Assembly: GCF_009914755.1 (NCBI RefSeq)
Contig: NC_060926.1
Reading direction: 5' to 3' (one strand)
DNA: 64,000 nt
Origin: the human T2T-CHM13v2.0 reference genome, Homo sapiens
Shown here: piece after piece, positions 61,446-64,000 of the stretch
How positions within the stretch are numbered: the first letter of the stretch is position 1
Layout: every line of letters starts with the position of its first letter
Made by a program: the position numbers and the translations under genes
The notes under the pieces: model-generated
What the model was told of the DNA's origin: nothing
Seen by the model: only the letters and a program-made list of their open reading frames with translations
The model's database searches: none

Positions 61446-61980
61446 TGTCAACAAAGGCCATGAGATCTGTGGAGAAAAAATGGAAAGCTTAATTTCTATT
61501 ATAAAATAATCCATTGATTGGGGAGGCATAACATTCAATAGAAATAAAAGAATGCTCTCCACAGAACAAAGGGAGGGACTGGCTTAAATAGGGAAAGTTC
61601 TCACCTAGGTTGTCAACCAGGTCCACTTACACAAATGAAAGTTTCAAACTTGTTCATTTCTGATTGGCCAAAATAGTTGAGCCCTGATTAGGTGGTCTCT
61701 AGACCCAAAATCAGCCAAGTCTCTGTCAGATGTTTCTTTCAAACAGCCAGTGAGTGGCACGGGGAGTTTCTGGTCACAGTTAATCTTGGCACTGACAACA
61801 GGAACTTCTTTGGCTTGGTTGTAAAAAGGGAGGTCCTGTGACACTTAGATCTTTCTAGGAATGCAGAGTACGTGATTGTTCCCTCTCTTAACTATGATGG
61901 CCTGGTTCTGCTTTAACTTTGAGAAGCTCAGTTAGCCAGGAAGAGTCCATTTTGTCTGTTAGCGGGGGCAAATTTCAACA
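61446..61980 (-). mobile_element. ERV1-class solo LTR (family uncertain)
   Basis: tgtcaac...tttcaaca termini; near-TSD acat/acac. Confidence 0.55.
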
Positions 61981-64000
61981 ACACATAGATAATAATGTCT
62001 TAAATTCTTAAAGAGCTAATTTCTCATTATTCTATATATCTCTCCACACATATCTACTAGTTGAGAACATCTGAAATACTTACTGTTTTTTTTTTTTACA
62101 TGGAAACTCTACAAACTTATATTTTTGCCATGACATTATTTTTCCTGTGTCCCAGATGTTCAATGCCATGATGTTTTATTGAACATTTAAAAGCCATATA
62201 TTGTAAAAAATGTTAGTATTTAGAAGACTCTCAAGAAGTTTCATATCTCTGTGTATCTGAGGACATTTCATTAAGCAAAGAGCCTAAAGATGTTTCTCTA
62301 AAAGTTTGGCAGTGTGGAACTTCTCTCAGAATATTTCATCATGAGGATTTCCTTGGATTGGCTTTACTCATGTATCATTTAGCAGTTAGCAATTCACTTA
62401 CTTATTTTGTGCTTCTCCTTGGCCATTCTTTGCCAGAACAATTAGATTCCACAACAGGAATTTGGTCCTAAACATTTTTTAATTATTTCCTTTACTCTTG
62501 GATATGTGTTTAAAATTTATTCTAAATATGTCAAATATAAAATAAGATTAGCTGTTACTGTTGGAAAACAACAGTTTTATATTGAAATTACTTTTTAGCG
62601 ACTTTATATTTCAACGGAAAACATATTTCTACTTGCAATACTTAGATGAGTGATTTGGAATGAGCCACTGAGGATCAGAGAACTTGCCTTCAAGTTTTCA
62701 TGACACCACTTGTGAACAGAGTTCTGGGCAATCTATTTTTTTTTTTTTTTTCACATTGGAGTTTTGTATAGCAGGTAGGCTGGAGCAGCGGTCTCCCATC
62801 AATCAGACATTCATAACAAAAGTTTACATATGTGTTTGTTGAAACTGAGAAGGTAGATTTTTGGTTAATAAGGAAAAACGTGTTATTTATTTTCAAAAAA
62901 AGCCTTTTTATATATGTTAAAGATAATAAGTCTTTACATTTGTGAAAAAGTATTTTTGATATTATTCTATTGATCAAACTTAGACACCATTGATCTTTCA
63001 CATTCTTCAATGAGTTAAGTTAAAGAAACAAAAATAAATTCAGGGTCATGGTTGAAACAAATTTGATAAGTGCTATATTTTTAAAATTTCTATTAAAACA
63101 TATTTTTGCTCTTCTTTTGTTTTCTATAATGTTTAATTCTCCATTTCTTTTTTTTTCTGATTTTTCCAATGTAGAAAAAAATGTAGTCAATAGAGTAAGT
63201 TCCAAATTCCAAGTTAATATGCCTTTAGCATGTATTTTCTAGGCTTAAAATTGTAGTTTTACTCTCATATTTAACTTGAGATAAGTGAACTGACTATTCT
63301 CATCTCTGGTGGTATTTACCATAGTTGCATTTGCACTTTGCAAAAGTACTCAAAAAAGATATATCTTTACCCCAAGCAGTGTTTTTCTTTAATTTCTAAT
63401 AGACTGAAGTTTTCCCCACTTAGGTGGAACAGGACTCACGAGATGTCACCAGTAAGCTGTGACACTACTGTGGCACTTAGTGGAGATCTATTCGGAATGT
63501 CAATATAATCTAATCATCATTTGAATGCAAACATCATCAGCTTCTCTTCGATGACTTCTTCATTCTATTTATTTTGTACACATATAACAATTTTCTGCCA
63601 AACTACAATTCCCAGACATTGGAAACTAGCAGACTTTAATAACTACAAAAATTAGAACAATATACACATATTGTCAGTGACATTTGGAAAATAAAACAAT
63701 GCTATTTAGTTTGCTAGACACAATAAATTCAATAATTTCAGAATAAAGGACTGTTTTCCAAACGTAATCAATCTAACTTTATAAACAGTTGATTATGTTG
63801 TTCTTATTTATCAGATTTCACTATTTACAATTATGAATTCTGTCACAGACAGCACCTAGACTGAAAACAGCCCTCTATGGATTGTTGATTTAGGGTCATG
63901 GTCTCTGAAGTCACATGTAAGTCAATCAAATGGTATGTAAGAGAATGCCTCAGGGTGTCAGAAAAAAATATTAGAATTGAATTTATAATTAGTTTTAAAA

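Noticed and set aside
63480-63545. TGATGA motifs on the minus strand as a C/D snoRNA
   Set aside because: No well-placed D box, terminal stem or recognisable guide sequence

Overview
Primate (human-like) AT-rich non-coding DNA dominated by transposable elements. No host protein-coding exon, RNA gene, CpG island or CRISPR array can be supported. All long ORFs in the track are L1 ORF2 fragments, ERV gag/env remnants, Alu/LTR read-throughs or simple-repeat artefacts. The main contents are: (1) nested solo LTRs with readable target-site duplications (TSDs) at 0.3-4.5 kb; (2) two 5'-truncated L1PA elements; (3) a two-LTR MER50 (HERV-FRD family) provirus at 25852-31420 with a PBS, collapsed gag/pol and a decayed syncytin-2-like env, itself inserted in another ERV internal sequence; (4) a full-length MST (MaLR) element; (5) two ~0.5 kb polypurine/polypyrimidine tracts; (6) an old ~200-bp duplication of apparently unique sequence. 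Repeat family names are from recall of consensus sequences and need RepeatMasker/Dfam confirmation. I found no convincing new biological system; the syncytin-2-like provirus is the most interesting element.
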